A stretch of 64,000 nucleotides of DNA, taken from NCBI RefSeq assembly GCF_006345805.1, contig NC_043008.1:77066001-77130000 (forward strand), read 5' to 3'. This document shows, piece by piece, positions 1-13,924 of the stretch. Under the pieces are notes generated by a model. The model worked only from the letters and a program-made list of their open reading frames with translations, was not told the origin of the DNA and did not search any database. Numbering within the stretch: the stretch's first letter is position 1; every line of letters starts with the position of its first letter. The stretch is from Octopus sinensis (Eukaryota). The translations under genes were made by a program, and so were the position numbers.

Positions 1-34
1 TGTATGTATGTATGTATGTATGTATGTATGTATG

Positions 35-65
<31 letters not shown>

Positions 66-93
66 CCTTGTTAGGTATTTCGTCTAGAGTAAA

Positions 94-390
94 GGCGGCG
101 AGCTGGCAGAATCGTTAGCACGCCGGGCGAAATGCGTAGCCGTATTTCGTCTGCCGTTACGTTCTGAGTTCAAATTCCGCCGAGGTCGACTTTGCCTTTC
201 ATCCTTTCTGGATCGATAAATTAAGTACCCGTTACGCATTGGGGTCGATATAATCGACTTAATCCGTTTGTCTGTCCTTGTTTAGCCCCTTGTGGGTAGT
301 AAAGAAATAGGTATTTCGTCTGTCTTTACGTTTTGATCTAATCGACTGCCCCCTCCCCCAAAATTTCGGGCCTTGTGCTTAGAGTAGTAA
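94..390 (+). mobile_element. tRNA-derived SINE with Meta/MESC-like central domain
   Basis: A-box-like GAGCTGGCAGAATCG, B-box GAGTTCAAATTCC, core gaggtcgactttgcctttcatcctttc..gtcgataaa..agtacc; multiple copies in the window. Confidence 0.85.
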
Positions 391-544
391 TGAATATGTG
401 CACGTATGACGGGATACCTCATGAGAAGTAACGAGGCAGGCATTTGGGATAGGCTAAAGTAACATAGGAAATTATAAATAAAAATAGTTTATTACAACAG
501 CACTGAGCAAAGAATTAATGACAACTTGCAGAGTGACAATATTG

Positions 545-757
545 CGGCCGAGCTGGCGAAATGCTTAGCGGTATTTCGCCTGCCGTTACGTTGTGAGTTC
601 AAATTCCACCGAGGTCGACTTTGCTTTTCATCCTTTGGGGGTCGATAATTTAAGTACCAGTTACGCACTCGGGTCGATGTAATCGACTTAATCCCTTTGT
701 CTGTCCTTGTTTGTCCACTCTATGTATAGCCCCTTCTGAGTAGTAAAGAAATAGGTA
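545..757 (+). mobile_element. Same SINE family, second copy
   Basis: Near-identical to 94-310. Confidence 0.85.
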
Positions 758-2039
758 TCTCCTTTATGTTTATCCCCCTGTGGCAATAAAGAAATAAATA
801 TTGCGGCCTTGACATATAGCAGCAAAAGCAATAAAGCGGTTAGGACAGAATAGAGGTGATGTGTATAGAGACGATTATCGTATCCAGACAATGACGCCAT
901 CATGAATGAGGTAGTGATATAGCAGTGATAACAGTTATGTAACAACGAAAGTACAGTGGCGATGACAGGAAGGAGGTGATGATATTTGACTGGTGATGAA
1001 GCTACGCTGTTGTCACCCCCATACAAATATACACACACCACATTTTCACACATAATACGCTCGCGCGCACGAAAACACACACACACACATACACACACAG
1101 GTTCCTAGACTAAAATCAATTTTTCTGTTAAATGTATCTATCCGTTATTTTCCGTCACCTACAGCGAATGTGTATATGTGTGTATGTGTGTGTGCGCGCG
1201 CGCATACATATTGATGTTTGTATGTATGTATGTATGTATGTATGTATGTATGTATGTATGTATGTATGCGCTAATGCAGCCAGTGCAGTCGTAACATGGG
1301 ATGAAATCTTTTTAACTTTGAAAGTGCCGAAACAAGATTTACTCAGGCCTCTATGACAAACGAGAGGTTTTCCATATTTATTTGTCCTTTTCCATTAATC
1401 AGCTCCATAATTTACATACGTACATGGTGGCTGCCCCCTCGTTATCGAGTATGGCCATTGCACGAAGCTTAGTCAATGTTGTTATCGTGCAATGCCTGTG
1501 CAAGAAGATTTTTTTTTTAAAGTGAGGAAAGGCTATGCACTGAGTCAATCCCACTCACTAAGCAAACAGCAGCCATAATCCGAAAAGAAGAACAAGTCAA
1601 CATCATCGGTAACCACTGAGCCGCAGGTTTTATATCGGAGTTATCCCAGCAAGCTGAGTTACCTTCTCCTAGAAGGATGTCCTAACAAAGGCTAGGGGTC
1701 TGTCACTCTCAATGGTTTAACCGCGCGATCGGGTATTCAGTCCGATTATTTCTATGTCCCCGCGCATGACACAGCCTTAAGACATTTATTGGATGGCCGT
1801 TGACTCTCAAGAGTTCCTCCGCCCTTTGACGGGTTTTGTTTTTCATCCCGTAAGGTGTCCAATAAACAACCTCCTCACCAAGCAAGCTTGGTGGGGTTAC
1901 CGGTTTAGTCGCCGACGACCCGACCATGCAACAGGTTGTGCTGGGTTACATGTTACATACATACATACATACAAACATACATACATACATACATACATAC
2001 ATACATACATACATACATACAAACATACATACATACATA

Positions 2040-2406
2040 CCCATCAAAATATCCGTCATATGCAAGCATGACAGGCCTGATGTTATTGTTTGGGACAGGC
2101 AAGAAGAAGCATGTACCGTCATAGAGGTCAACTGTCTTGCTGGTGTGAATATCACTTTGAAAATCAAATGAAAAGCAGATATCTATGGACAACTGCTTCA
2201 TAAACTCCAACTTTTATATCCGGATTACAAATTTACATTTATACCATTAATAATTGGTACACTTGGTTTTGTTAGTAAATACCTAACTCTCAGTCCGGTT
2301 AAGCTTGGATTTTCCGAAAAAAAAATTAACCAACTGATTCACATATTACAAATAGAATCTGTAAGCGGAATAGTAAGACTATGCAAGACATTTCTCGGGC
2401 TTAAAA
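2040..2406 (+). mobile_element. 3' fragment of an RLE-endonuclease LINE (CRE/NeSL/R4-like)
   Basis: HDRPDVIVWD...CTVIEV restriction-like endonuclease motif, with stops. Confidence 0.6.
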
Positions 2407-3543
2407 TGTGACATTTTTGCTATCTACATTCCAAAGATGGAGCTTTGTATCTTTGTTAAAAGCAGCTAAGTCGAAAAGTCATACAGTTTTGAAATATGAG
2501 TTCTTTCCTGGAAATACAGCATCTCAGGCAGCTCAGAATATCAATGGAGTATTTCATTCTAATGTTATAACACAGCAGACAGTATCAAATTGGTTTACAA
2601 AATTTCGTTCTGGTAACTTTGAACTCACAAATGAGCAACGCGGTCGACCAGAAATACAGGTGAATAATAACAAACTGAAAGCCACCGTAAAGTCAGATCT
2701 CAAAGTGCCCATGAATTATCATTGTTGTTTGGTGTTTGCAAGCAAACAATACTGACTCACATAGTTCAAATCGGTAAAGTGGTAAAGTTGGATAAGTGGG
2801 TTCCACGTGAACTCAATGAAAATCAGAAACAGCAACATTTGGAAGCCTGCATTGTGCTACTTTCTCGTCACAAAATTGAATCATTTTTTAATCGAATTGT
2901 AACATGTGATGAGAAATGGATCCAATACAACAACCGTAAACGCTCAGCACAATGTTTGGACAACGAGCCACCAAGACACAGTCCAAAAAGCAAAATTCAT
3001 CCAAAGAAGCTAATGGTGTGTGTTTGGTGGTCTGGCGCAGGTGTGATCCATTATGATTTCATTAAACCTAGCTCATCAATCACGGCCGAAGTATACTGCA
3101 GCCAACTGGACCAAATGACGCAGAAACTTACAAACAGCCTAGATTAGTCAACTATTTCATTGCAAGATAACGCCAGACCACATATCGCACAAATGACATT
3201 GGCGAAACTACAGGACTTTTAGCTGGAAGTTCTCCATCAGCCACTATACTCACCTGATCTCCACCCCACCCCCCGCTGTCTACCACTTCTTCCCGAAATT
3301 GGATAACTTTTTGTTAGGAAAAAAAATTAATTTCGATGATGCTGTAAAACTGGCCTTCTAAAATTTTATTGACTCTAGATTACCAGGCTTTTACAGTTCC
3401 GGGCTGACACGCTACCGCTGAAATGGCAAAAGTGTATTGACAATTTCGATGCATACTTTGATGAATACAACTATTCCTTGTGTTTATAAAACATTAGCAA
3501 ACATTTTTTCTTTTCTACAAATGTCATACTTGACGACTTAATA
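2407..3543 (+). mobile_element. Degenerate mariner (DD34D-type) transposase relic
   Basis: HTH (ASQAAQNINGVF..TVSNWFTKFRSGNFEL..RGRP), WVPREL, IVTCDEKW, KKLMVCVWW, LQDNARPH and PPYSPDL motifs across frameshifts; ends at TA. Confidence 0.9.
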
Positions 3544-3553
3544 TATATATATA

Positions 3554-4110
3554 CGAGCAAAACGCCCCCCGTCCAATGGACGGTGCTGAGTTGGCAAACA
3601 TTTAAACCAAATTTTCTCAAATAATTAAGCATGCCTATATTTTAATAAAATGTTTGGTTTTGTTAAACGAAGTTAAGGCAAAAAAAAAAAATTTTGAAAA
3701 ACCAAGTAGTCTTTCCTTCTTTCATGCCAAGTTTGAAGAAAATATCTCTTTTGCATCTTACCTTTTTGGTCTCTTAAATCTACTGCATTTTGTGGCATTA
3801 TCTCAAGCCAGCCGGATATTTTTGCGCAAATTTCACGTACATTTTTCTCGCGTACGCGTAATATCGATCGCAACAGCTGATGCACTTGCGCGTACCAATA
3901 CACGTTCCCACGGCTTTATCGATCGTATTCTCACCTGAAATCGATTTTTGTAATTTTTTCAAGACTTATACACGCCCTGATACCGTCGGTATCTACAAAT
4001 CAAATTTAAGCACAATCGGATGAAGGATGCCCGAGATCCTAGAAGACACACACACGCACACACACACACATACACACACACAGACACACACACACACAGA
4101 ACGGATTTTA

Positions 4111-4120
<10 letters not shown>
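3554..4120 (-). mobile_element. Non-autonomous Helitron-like element
   Basis: Hairpin ccgtcc-aat-ggacgg (3569-3583) just inside a CTAG-like end; the other end has the same microsatellite-containing layout as the Helitrons at 9451 and 13925. Confidence 0.55.
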
Positions 4121-4142
<22 letters not shown>

Positions 4143-4474
4143 CAAACACTTGTGTGTGTGTGTGTATTACTATTTTGTTTTTATGTAATGTTATATATAG
4201 AAGCGGTTAAACTATAAATTGAAGAAGCAGCCCGTACTCTTCTATAGAGTAACTTTATTTTTCAAAGAAACGTTCACTATCTTTCAAGTTTCAGTTCTTA
4301 TACAGAGAAAGAGAAGGGGAGAAAGAGAACCAGAGATAGTGAGAGCGACAGAGAGAGACAAAGAGACACACAGAGAGACACAGAGAGGGAGACAGTCAGA
4401 TAGAAGAAACAGACAGACAGGCAGACATGCAGACAGTCAGACAGACAGGTAGACAGACAGACAGACAGACAGAC

Positions 4475-4543
<69 letters not shown>

Positions 4544-4696
4544 CGGCGATTTCCTGCACTAAAATGTATTTCTTGAAATTATCACTAATTAGTTGTAAAC
4601 ATATGTATTTAATCAGTGCTAACCAAACTCCCGCTTTAAAATAATACCGGGGTGTAAACGGGATGGAAAGAAATAAGTTTGAATGGAAAAATATAA

Positions 4697-4749
<53 letters not shown>

Positions 4750-5522
4750 TATGTGTGCGCGCGCGTGTGCGTTTGTGCGATATTATTAGTTCGGTTAGTG
4801 ACCTAAATATAACTATGGCGTCTACATGCTTTAACCTTGAAGCCTTAGCAATAATAATGCTGTACATTAGAAGTTAGGATGGGTGTAAACGAGTTGCTTG
4901 TTGCAAACTCACCCCTCACCTACAGGGGTAATAGATTTACCAGACTGTATGTTGATAGAATGACGGATGTACCCCTCTCCACTCCACTCATACCTAGATT
5001 TCGAGTGAATGAAAAAAAAAAAAAGAAACATATTTAGCATATTTTTCTGATTGTTGTACGTAGAGGATTTTCTTGTTGGATAGGTAGAGACGGTGGAGAG
5101 TTGGCTAACCTTGGGATATGATGTTTATGTCTTTGATATTTCAATTCAAACCCTGTTAAAATTTTCCTTGCTTTCGATGTACCACTCACATACTAAAATC
5201 ATTCTGAACTATAATTTTCTTCATATAATTTTAAGGTTATTCCTCAGTTAGGAAACTAGTAATGAATATTGTGTTCGGAATAACTTGAACCACATTCTTA
5301 GCACTAAAATAAGTTAATCGCCAGCTCCATCACACCATATTCGCGAGGATTCATTAAAGATTCAGTATTGAGGTTTCGGTTAGCTAAGAATTTACTTGTT
5401 TCTTCATTCAGTAGAGATGCCATCACCTACCATAGTACCACTTTTTCATGGTGCATCACAGACAATGACATTACTTTGTTCTCCACCCTTCTCTCTGTCT
5501 CTCTCTTTCTTTCTTTCTCTTT

Positions 5523-5578
<56 letters not shown>

Positions 5579-5720
5579 TCTCTCACTATTGACAATAATT
5601 TCGCTAACACTTCTTTCAATACTAAGATTTTTGGTGCGGTTTTTATGTGCGTATATAAATTTGTGTATGTATCCATACATGTATGTATATGAATATTGTA
5701 TGTAAATATAAATATATGTA

Positions 5721-5880
5721 GGAGCAGGCGTGGCTGTGTGGTAAGAAGCTTGCTTCCTAACCATATGATTCCGGGTTCAATCCCACTGCGTGGCAATTTG
5801 GTGTCTTCAACCATACCCTCGGGCTGACCAGAGCCATGTGAGTGGATTTGGTAGACGGAAACTAAAAGAAGCCCGTCGTG
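5721..5880 (+). mobile_element. tRNA-derived CORE-type SINE (5' part)
   Basis: GTGGCTGTGTGGT A-box, GGGTTCAATCCC B-box, core cactgcgtggca..ttgggcaagtgtctt. Confidence 0.8.
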
Positions 5881-5957
5881 TATATATATATCTCGTGTGT
5901 ACCGTTGGCGATTTTTTTACCTCTGTCTTCCCTTCTCTGGATCTTTCCTTCTCCTAT

Positions 5958-5992
5958 GTTTCCGACGAAGAGCTCCGCTCGAAACGTTAAAC
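5958..5992 (+). ncRNA. Atypical minimal hammerhead-like motif in a Penelope-type pLTR (5900-6083)
   Basis: GUUU-CCGACGA-A-GAGC(ucc)GCUC-GAAACGUU-AAAC; identical copy at 30823-30857. The core has U4C. Confidence 0.5.
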
Positions 5993-6079
5993 CCTCCTTC
6001 TTTCCTGAGCGTCCAATAATACTTTATTTGTTCCATGTCCTCGCGTTGTTGTGTTTTTTTTGCTTTCTTGTTTGGATTA

Positions 6080-6660
<581 letters not shown>

Positions 6661-6751
6661 TATATATACACGTGTGTGTGTGTGAGTGTGTGTGTGTGTG
6701 TGTATGTATGTATGTGTTTGTTGTTTGTATCTGTCATGTATATGTATGTAC

Positions 6752-6784
<33 letters not shown>

Positions 6785-7111
6785 TATATATAACTGATAA
6801 TGTGTTTGTCTGTCTATATGTATGTAAGTGTGCATCACCAAAACTTGAGAACTTCTCAACAGATTTCATTCAAATTTTACACATGCATTCTTAGGTTCAA
6901 CTTCTTGCCTATCACGACCTTGGAGCAATCTCATCTCTTAAACTATTTTGAGTATCACGTGTCAAAAAATGAAACAATAACATCCCTACTGTAATATGAG
7001 ATAATACTTGTTTCACTATTAATACTTTCACCATATATTTTTTTTTTTTTTTTTTTGTACTTGTTTCAGTCATTTGACTGCGGCCATGCTGGAGCACCGC
7101 CTTTTAGAGTG

Positions 7112-7273
7112 GTGAAAGAGTACAGCAGGGATCACCACCATCCCCTGCCGGAGCCTCGTGGAGCTTTTAGGTGTTTTCGCTCAATAAACACACACAACGC
7201 CCGGTCTGGGAATCGAAACCGCGATCCTCCGACCGCAAGTCCGCTGCCCTAACCACTGGGCCATTGCGCCTCC
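7112..7273 (-). mobile_element. tRNA-derived SINE (third family)
   Basis: Minus strand GGCGCAATGGCCCAGTGGTTAGGGCAGCGGAC...GGTTTCGATTCCC; longer copy at 24792-25089. Confidence 0.8.
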
Positions 7274-7620
7274 ATATATATATATATATTATTATTATTA
7301 GTTTCGATATGAATTTATTTACATGTTTGTGCGTGTTTGTATGTGTGTGTGTATATATATATAAATTATATACATAATTATAAAATATTTGTAAAATTTA
7401 CCTATGAGGTTTTATTTCTGCGCTGACCACTTGGTAAAAATCATTTATGATTTTACCTTTTATTATTATTATAATTAATATTTGAAAAAATATTTACTTC
7501 TTGATCAAGGGTAAATGTTAATAATTTGATGGGTAAAATGAGTCTTGATGGGTAAAAGATGAGCGAAGACGCAGCTTGCTTGCATATCCGTGGCCACTCG
7601 TATTTATATGCCTGGGTATA

Positions 7621-7690
7621 CCGACGCTGATGAAGGCAAAAAGGTTATGTTTTTTATTACTTTAAGCCCGAAACACGATCATGTACGTGG
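7621..7690 (+). ncRNA. Type I hammerhead ribozyme motif
   Basis: CUGAUGA 7627-7633, stem II GGC/GCC, GAAAC-AC-GAUC-AU-GUA, stem I ACG/CGU(+CC/GG). Confidence 0.6.
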
Positions 7691-7722
7691 TTAACCAAAG
7701 TTTTAATTAATTTTCTTTCTTC

Positions 7723-8870
7723 GGATCTTTTCTATTTTGAGGCCAGTTTTTTCAAATTTTTCCTATTGAACCAAACAATTTGAAACTTCGTATACTGGTA
7801 GAATGTGTCAAAAGTAAACTTAATTGTAAACCAGAATGAAAACGGAATTGTAACTTCTAAGTTTAACGTTGTTTAATAATTAGAATTTTAACCAATGATA
7901 TTCCGTCATTCGGCTTTATTTTATTTACTCCGTCTCGACCACCAATTTCGTGACGTATTTAACATCTTAAATGTAAACAAGTCAGCCACCTTCTAATAAC
8001 AATATTTAAAACTAGTTAATAAGCCACATGTATTAAATTGAAAATGTTCCTTCTGTATGTCTGCATGTATGTGTGTGTGTATGTATGTGTAAGTATGTGT
8101 GTGTGTGTATGTATGTATAGCCGATTCATCGTAATCGTAATTACGATGAATTGGCCATACATACATAGATACATACACACACACACATACATGCAGACAT
8201 ACATATACACATACACCGAGTAAAAAATTTCAGTTATCTCTCTCTTTCACACATTACTCTCTCTGTCTCTTCACACACACTAACAGAAGCACTTCACTTA
8301 CACAACATACTGTCTCCCACACCCCATCAAACACACACACACACACACACATGTACATCAATGCTTCCCCTAGACGGTAACTTCAAAGACAAACTTCCCT
8401 CGTCATAAAATCGCTCCCTCTTAGTCTCTTTCGCTCTCATTACTTATGTAAAAAAATAAAAGTTTTTTACGGAAATCGACGGAAAACTTGTGCTACGACA
8501 AGCGAAACTTCGCCGAAATTTAATATTAAAAAGCAAAGAGCTGGCAGAAACGTTAGCACGCCGGGCGAAATGCGTAGCCGTATTTCGTCTGCCGTGTTTG
8601 TTTACAGTTTTCCGAACGTTAGTACGTCACAAAAGCGCTTTCTACGTCACACTAATAGAATGCAGTCAAGTTTTACACATGAAAACAAACAATCTGATTG
8701 GTTAAAATTCGCAGTTTTAATCTACGATTAAAGTCATAAAATAGATTTTTCTCAAATAAACTAGTTCCAACTTGTGTCTTGTTTTGCTAGACTCTATCAG
8801 CATACGAAGTTTCAGATTATTTAGTTAAGTAGAAAGATCTGTGGTCCTGGCTTCAGAATAGAAAAGATCC
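7723..8870. mobile_element. Non-autonomous DNA transposon (Merlin-like MITE)
   Basis: 24-bp TIRs GGATCTTTTCTATT..., perfect 8-bp TSD CTTTCTTC (7715-7722, 8871-8878). Confidence 0.85.
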
Positions 8871-9086
8871 CTTTCTTCTACTAGCCTATAAGGTAGTGTG
8901 TTTTTCTCGGAGAATTTATGGTGGTAATAGTGTCTTTTGACGTCTATTTTTCAGTGCGTGGTGAGGCATAAGCCAATGCCCTTGTTATAATTATGTATAT
9001 AATTATAAAATATTTATAAAATTTACCTATGAGGTTTTATTTCCGCGCTGAGCACTTGGTAAAAATCATTTATGATTTTATCCTTT

Positions 9087-9194
<108 letters not shown>

Positions 9195-9384
9195 GGGGAA
9201 AATTCACAGAAAAACAAAAGACGAAGTCAGGTGGTGTACACAACAAACAGATGTATTAGTTGAACGCTTGGGAAGTGAAAAAGTCTTTAACGCTCTTCCA
9301 CAGAAAGGAACACAGAAAGAAACAAGGAGAGAAAATAAAAAATGTGAAGTGGTTAGCGATATGTGTGTGTGTGTTATGTGTGTG

Positions 9385-9432
<48 letters not shown>

Positions 9433-9450
9433 TGTGTGTGTATTTATGTA

Positions 9451-12384
9451 CTAGCTGGTGTGCCCGGTAATTTCCGGGGTAAAGATGTTGTATTGAAACG
9501 CCTTATTACTCTGATATAAGAAACTAATTTCGTTATAACTGCCACAAAAGGTGCATTTTCCGTCGCGAAAAAGTACAAAAAACTGTCAGCTGGAGGAGGG
9601 AGAGGGTGTTGGAGGTTGCGCGGGAGGTTTTCGGAGGAGGCGAGAAAGTACTCTGACTCGTCGTGGCATTTTAAAGGTGAACTTTATGAAGGCTAATTTA
9701 GTAACAGTAATATATTAATGTGGAATATATGTACATGAATATATGCATGAAGTGTTTAATGTTTTGGAATGAAATGAAGAAAGTGCAATAATGACGTTCA
9801 CACTCACTGATGGTCGCTCTCAGCAACTTATTTCTTAATTTGTCAATGAATGACATACAGAGAGGGGACAATATAAGACAATACAAAACATTTAGGTTTG
9901 GAGGTTACGATTTAATGGAAATTGGAACATGGAATCAGAAAAATGAAATCGAGAATCGTATAAAAATTTCTGTGATTATATTTTCGGGTTCGTGTTCGAC
10001 ACACGGGTGTTTTTTTTTTTGTTTTTTTCTGTCCCTTTTTCTTTTTCTTTTTTTCTCCCTTTTTCTCCTTATTACTTTTCCTTTTTGATTAGACCGGCTA
10101 CACCAGCACGCTCTCAACTTCCTTGCAACATTCGTCCATCTTTTCACAAACGTATTTCGAGACCTTTAGCTTACGAAGTTCTTACTTTTATAACTATCAA
10201 AAAGCATCCAGAAGGATAGACATATTGTTGAAAACAAATGGTTTCGTTGGAGGCCTGTTATTTCTATTCCAGCCCCTGAGGTTAGAAGGGTCAAGTAGCA
10301 AAGATATTATTCTGCTTAGCGAAGGCATCTAGGAAATGTACAACTGCTCGCGAGAAAAGCGCTGTTGAAGTGTTAAGTGAAATTTGGCAATCGAGGATCG
10401 AATCCACGATATGTCTGCATGAAGCCACTACAAATACGTTGAGGAATAAAAAAATTTATCGACTGTCATGGAAAAAGGGTAACTATAAAAATGCAGAATT
10501 ATCAGCCCCCCCCCACACACACACACAAAACCTCACGCGTACTCACATACCCATACGTACACACACTGCACACAAAACACACATACACACACAACATATA
10601 CATACACGAAACTGTTGTATGAACTGTAAATAAGCAATAAATAGTATGATTTGTAAAATAAGTATAAGTGATACAGGGTGTCCCAGCTGAATGTGATGTG
10701 GTAGTTTGGTTTCATTTTTTAAGAATTTTAAGCATTCAAACTATGAGTTCATTGTATTGGGACACACTTATTAAATACTGTTACGAAACGGGATGGAAAT
10801 CGCCCGTCGTCGTCGCTCGCCCCGAACGGCCCACTAGTTCGCCACGGAACCCAAAGAGGCGGAGAGAGGAGATACAGATAGATACTGCCACAACCTCAAC
10901 AACCTCAGAAGCACAGAGATACAGAGGCACAACCCGAGATACAACCCAAAGAGAGGCAAGGCAACAGAGACACTGGCTTATATTCAAACAACAGTTTATA
11001 TGACAATCAATTGCTACAACATCAAGATACATCAAAGCATGCACGTGACTACTCAATACATAATACAACAGCATTTCAAGAGTACAACTCAAAGCATAAT
11101 ACAACATCATGTAACAATTCAAGAGTACACGTCCCAAGACAACAGTTCTTTAAAGTCTCTTCCTAAACATCACAATCAACAAGTCCTTTACTCTTCTTCT
11201 TCACAATGTCCTTTATCGACCACATCGACAGAGTCCTTGACTGTTCTTTTCACTGTTCAATACACCATGACACATATCAATGCACAAACACATACCTCAA
11301 TTCCTAATTGAATCTGCCAGTGTCCCATTCCTCTCAATACTGCTAATTCCTCTGAATACTGCTAATTCCCTTCTGCGCCGCCAAGCTTTCTCGCATCCAA
11401 CTTGCTCCTAAGAATTCCAACGCTTGCTCCCTAAATCCAAGATTCCATCCACTCGCTCTGACCTCCAGAATCCGTCTGTCTTCCTCGAGGACCGGCCAGC
11501 GACTCCAAGATCCGTCTGTGTTCCTCGACGACCGCTCAACGACTGCCAAGACCTCACTTCGTCTCTGTGCTTCTTCCACTCCCTCATCTCCCTCTGTACC
11601 GCTCATACCCTCTCTAACTGTCCCTTAGTCTTATACTCTATCTCTCTCATGACAGCTCTACCATACTCTCTGCCTGTCCTTCTCTCTTACTGTCAATACC
11701 CTCTCCATCTGCTCTTAGATTCCCTTAATCTGTCTTCCTCTTTCACATTCTCCTGACCCTCTTCTCAGCTGCACGAGGTCACAGGTCATTCCAAAACCCA
11801 TTAGTCCTCCATTAGACAAAAGACTGTCACATTTTCATACTGGAACCATATCCACGATGTGGGTCAGAAACACTGCACTAGTTAAACCCGTAACAATACG
11901 TTCTGGAATCAAAAATTTGTGTACTGTCATCGAAAAAATTTAACTGGAAAAATGCAGAATTATCGGAGTTATAAGCATTGAAACTGTACATGCATCAAGT
12001 TCACTAATAAAGTTTAGCAGTTGAAAACTGTGAATAGTGAAATGCAGAATTAAGTCCGCTGAATCTGGAATCAAATATTGATCGCTTCGCTAAAAACTAA
12101 CAACTGTAAGTGCAGGTGCTATAGGTCATTTCCCTTAAGTATTTCAAAAATATTTTGCAGGTGCTATGGGTTATTTCCCTTGGGTGTTTAAACAAATTAG
12201 TTATATGAGGTAGATATAAAGATCCTTTCCTGGGGCCGTATTACCGATGTCTTTCAACAATCTAAGCATGTCACGGGATTTCCAGACATGAGTTCTACTC
12301 ACGTGTCAAGTTTCATCAAAATCAATAAAACGATGTAGGAGGAGTTAGCTAACAACGCCACCGATTTTCCACATATGTAGTAGA
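9451..12384 (-). mobile_element. Non-autonomous Helitron containing a nested solo LTR
   Basis: Minus strand: A|TC at 12384, then hairpin cccggtaa/ttccggg, then CTAG|T at 9451. Confidence 0.65.
10779..11895. mobile_element. Solo LTR (Gypsy-type)
   Basis: TGTTACG...CGTAACA termini with 4-bp TSD ATAC (10775-10778, 11896-11899). Confidence 0.85.
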
Positions 12385-12439
12385 TACATAAGTATGCATG
12401 TATATGTATGCATATGTATGTACACATATATATATGTAT

Positions 12440-12680
12440 ATATAATCAACATAAGCAACAAGGATATACAGAGATAATGCAGTACGAACGTTTCATGCGA
12501 CTCTATTTAATGTAGAGCAATCTTCAGCTGTATAAAAATATAGGATTTAGCTAAATTCTATATTTTTATGCAGCTGAAGATTGCTCTACATTTTAAATTG
12601 ATGTAATGTTTGCATTGCTCAATTAAATAGAGTCGCATGAAACGTTCGTACTGGATATCCTTGTTGATTATATTGATAAT
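12440..12680. mobile_element. Inverted Penelope-like pLTR pair with hammerhead-like variants
   Basis: Palindrome centred on AGCT 12549-12552; each arm has CUGAAGA...GAAACGUUC. Confidence 0.6.
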
Positions 12681-12795
12681 AATAACCTTATTTTAAATTA
12701 TATGGATAATACCATACTAAATTCTGGTGCCTTCAACTTAGGTAGCATATTCATCTGAATCTAAACTTTACTGAACTTATTTACCATACCTAGAG

Positions 12796-12855
<60 letters not shown>

Positions 12856-12985
12856 TTATGTATGTATATTTATGTATGTATATTTATGTATGTATATTTA
12901 TGGGTATATATATGTGTGTGTAAATATATGTATATATATATGTATAATATATATATGTATATATATATATATATATATGTATATT

Positions 12986-13060
<75 letters not shown>

Positions 13061-13135
13061 ATGTATATATAGATGTATATGTTTATATATATATATATTT
13101 TGGGGAAAAAAGAGCGGATTATACTCGAGGATTTA

Positions 13136-13176
<41 letters not shown>

Positions 13177-13202
13177 TATATATATATATATATATATTTA
13201 TG

Positions 13203-13724
13203 CCGTAAATCCTCGAGTATAATCCGCTCTTTTTTCCCAAAATTTACAGGTCAAAATGTCTAGTGCGTACTATATACGAGGTTAAAAATGAAAAATATTT
13301 TCTGAGCAATGTCCGAGTCTGTATTTGCAGTCCGGCAGTGTATATTCAGACGCATTCTGTGATGTCGGGTGCGAAAATACCTTGAGTTAAGCCTGAAAAC
13401 AATGAAGTCATAAAACAATCATCCATAACTTCCAGTAAGCAACATTTCTTAAAATTAATGTATTCAGAACACAGAATAACATGTAAGAAAAACAATTTAC
13501 AAACATATTTACATTTCCATATAACAGTTAAGAACATCACCATTATTGTATTACGCATGCGCGGAAGTGTTTGTTCGACTAGATGCTGCTGGCTTAATTA
13601 CGCACGACTCAAGTTAAAGAAGGGGGTTCGTATTATACAAAAGGTTTAGGTTTTTCAGAAGTATAGCCCCTAAAAATCCCCTGAGTATTATACTCAAGGG
13701 CAGACTATACTCGAAGATTTACGG
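13203..13724. mobile_element. Tc1/pogo (Tigger-like) MITE
   Basis: TIR CCGTAAATCCTCGAGTATA / TATACTCGAAGATTTACGG followed by TA; extra inverted TIR copy at 13099-13139. Confidence 0.75.
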
Positions 13725-13883
13725 TATATGTATGTATATGTATATGTATACATATGTGTGTATATGTATATACATATATGTTTATATTTGTATATATATC
13801 TATATATATATGTATATATGTATATGTAAGTATATATATATATGTATATAGGTGTATATATATATAGAGAGAGAGAGAAAGAG

Positions 13884-13914
<31 letters not shown>

Positions 13915-13924
13915 CTAATATATA

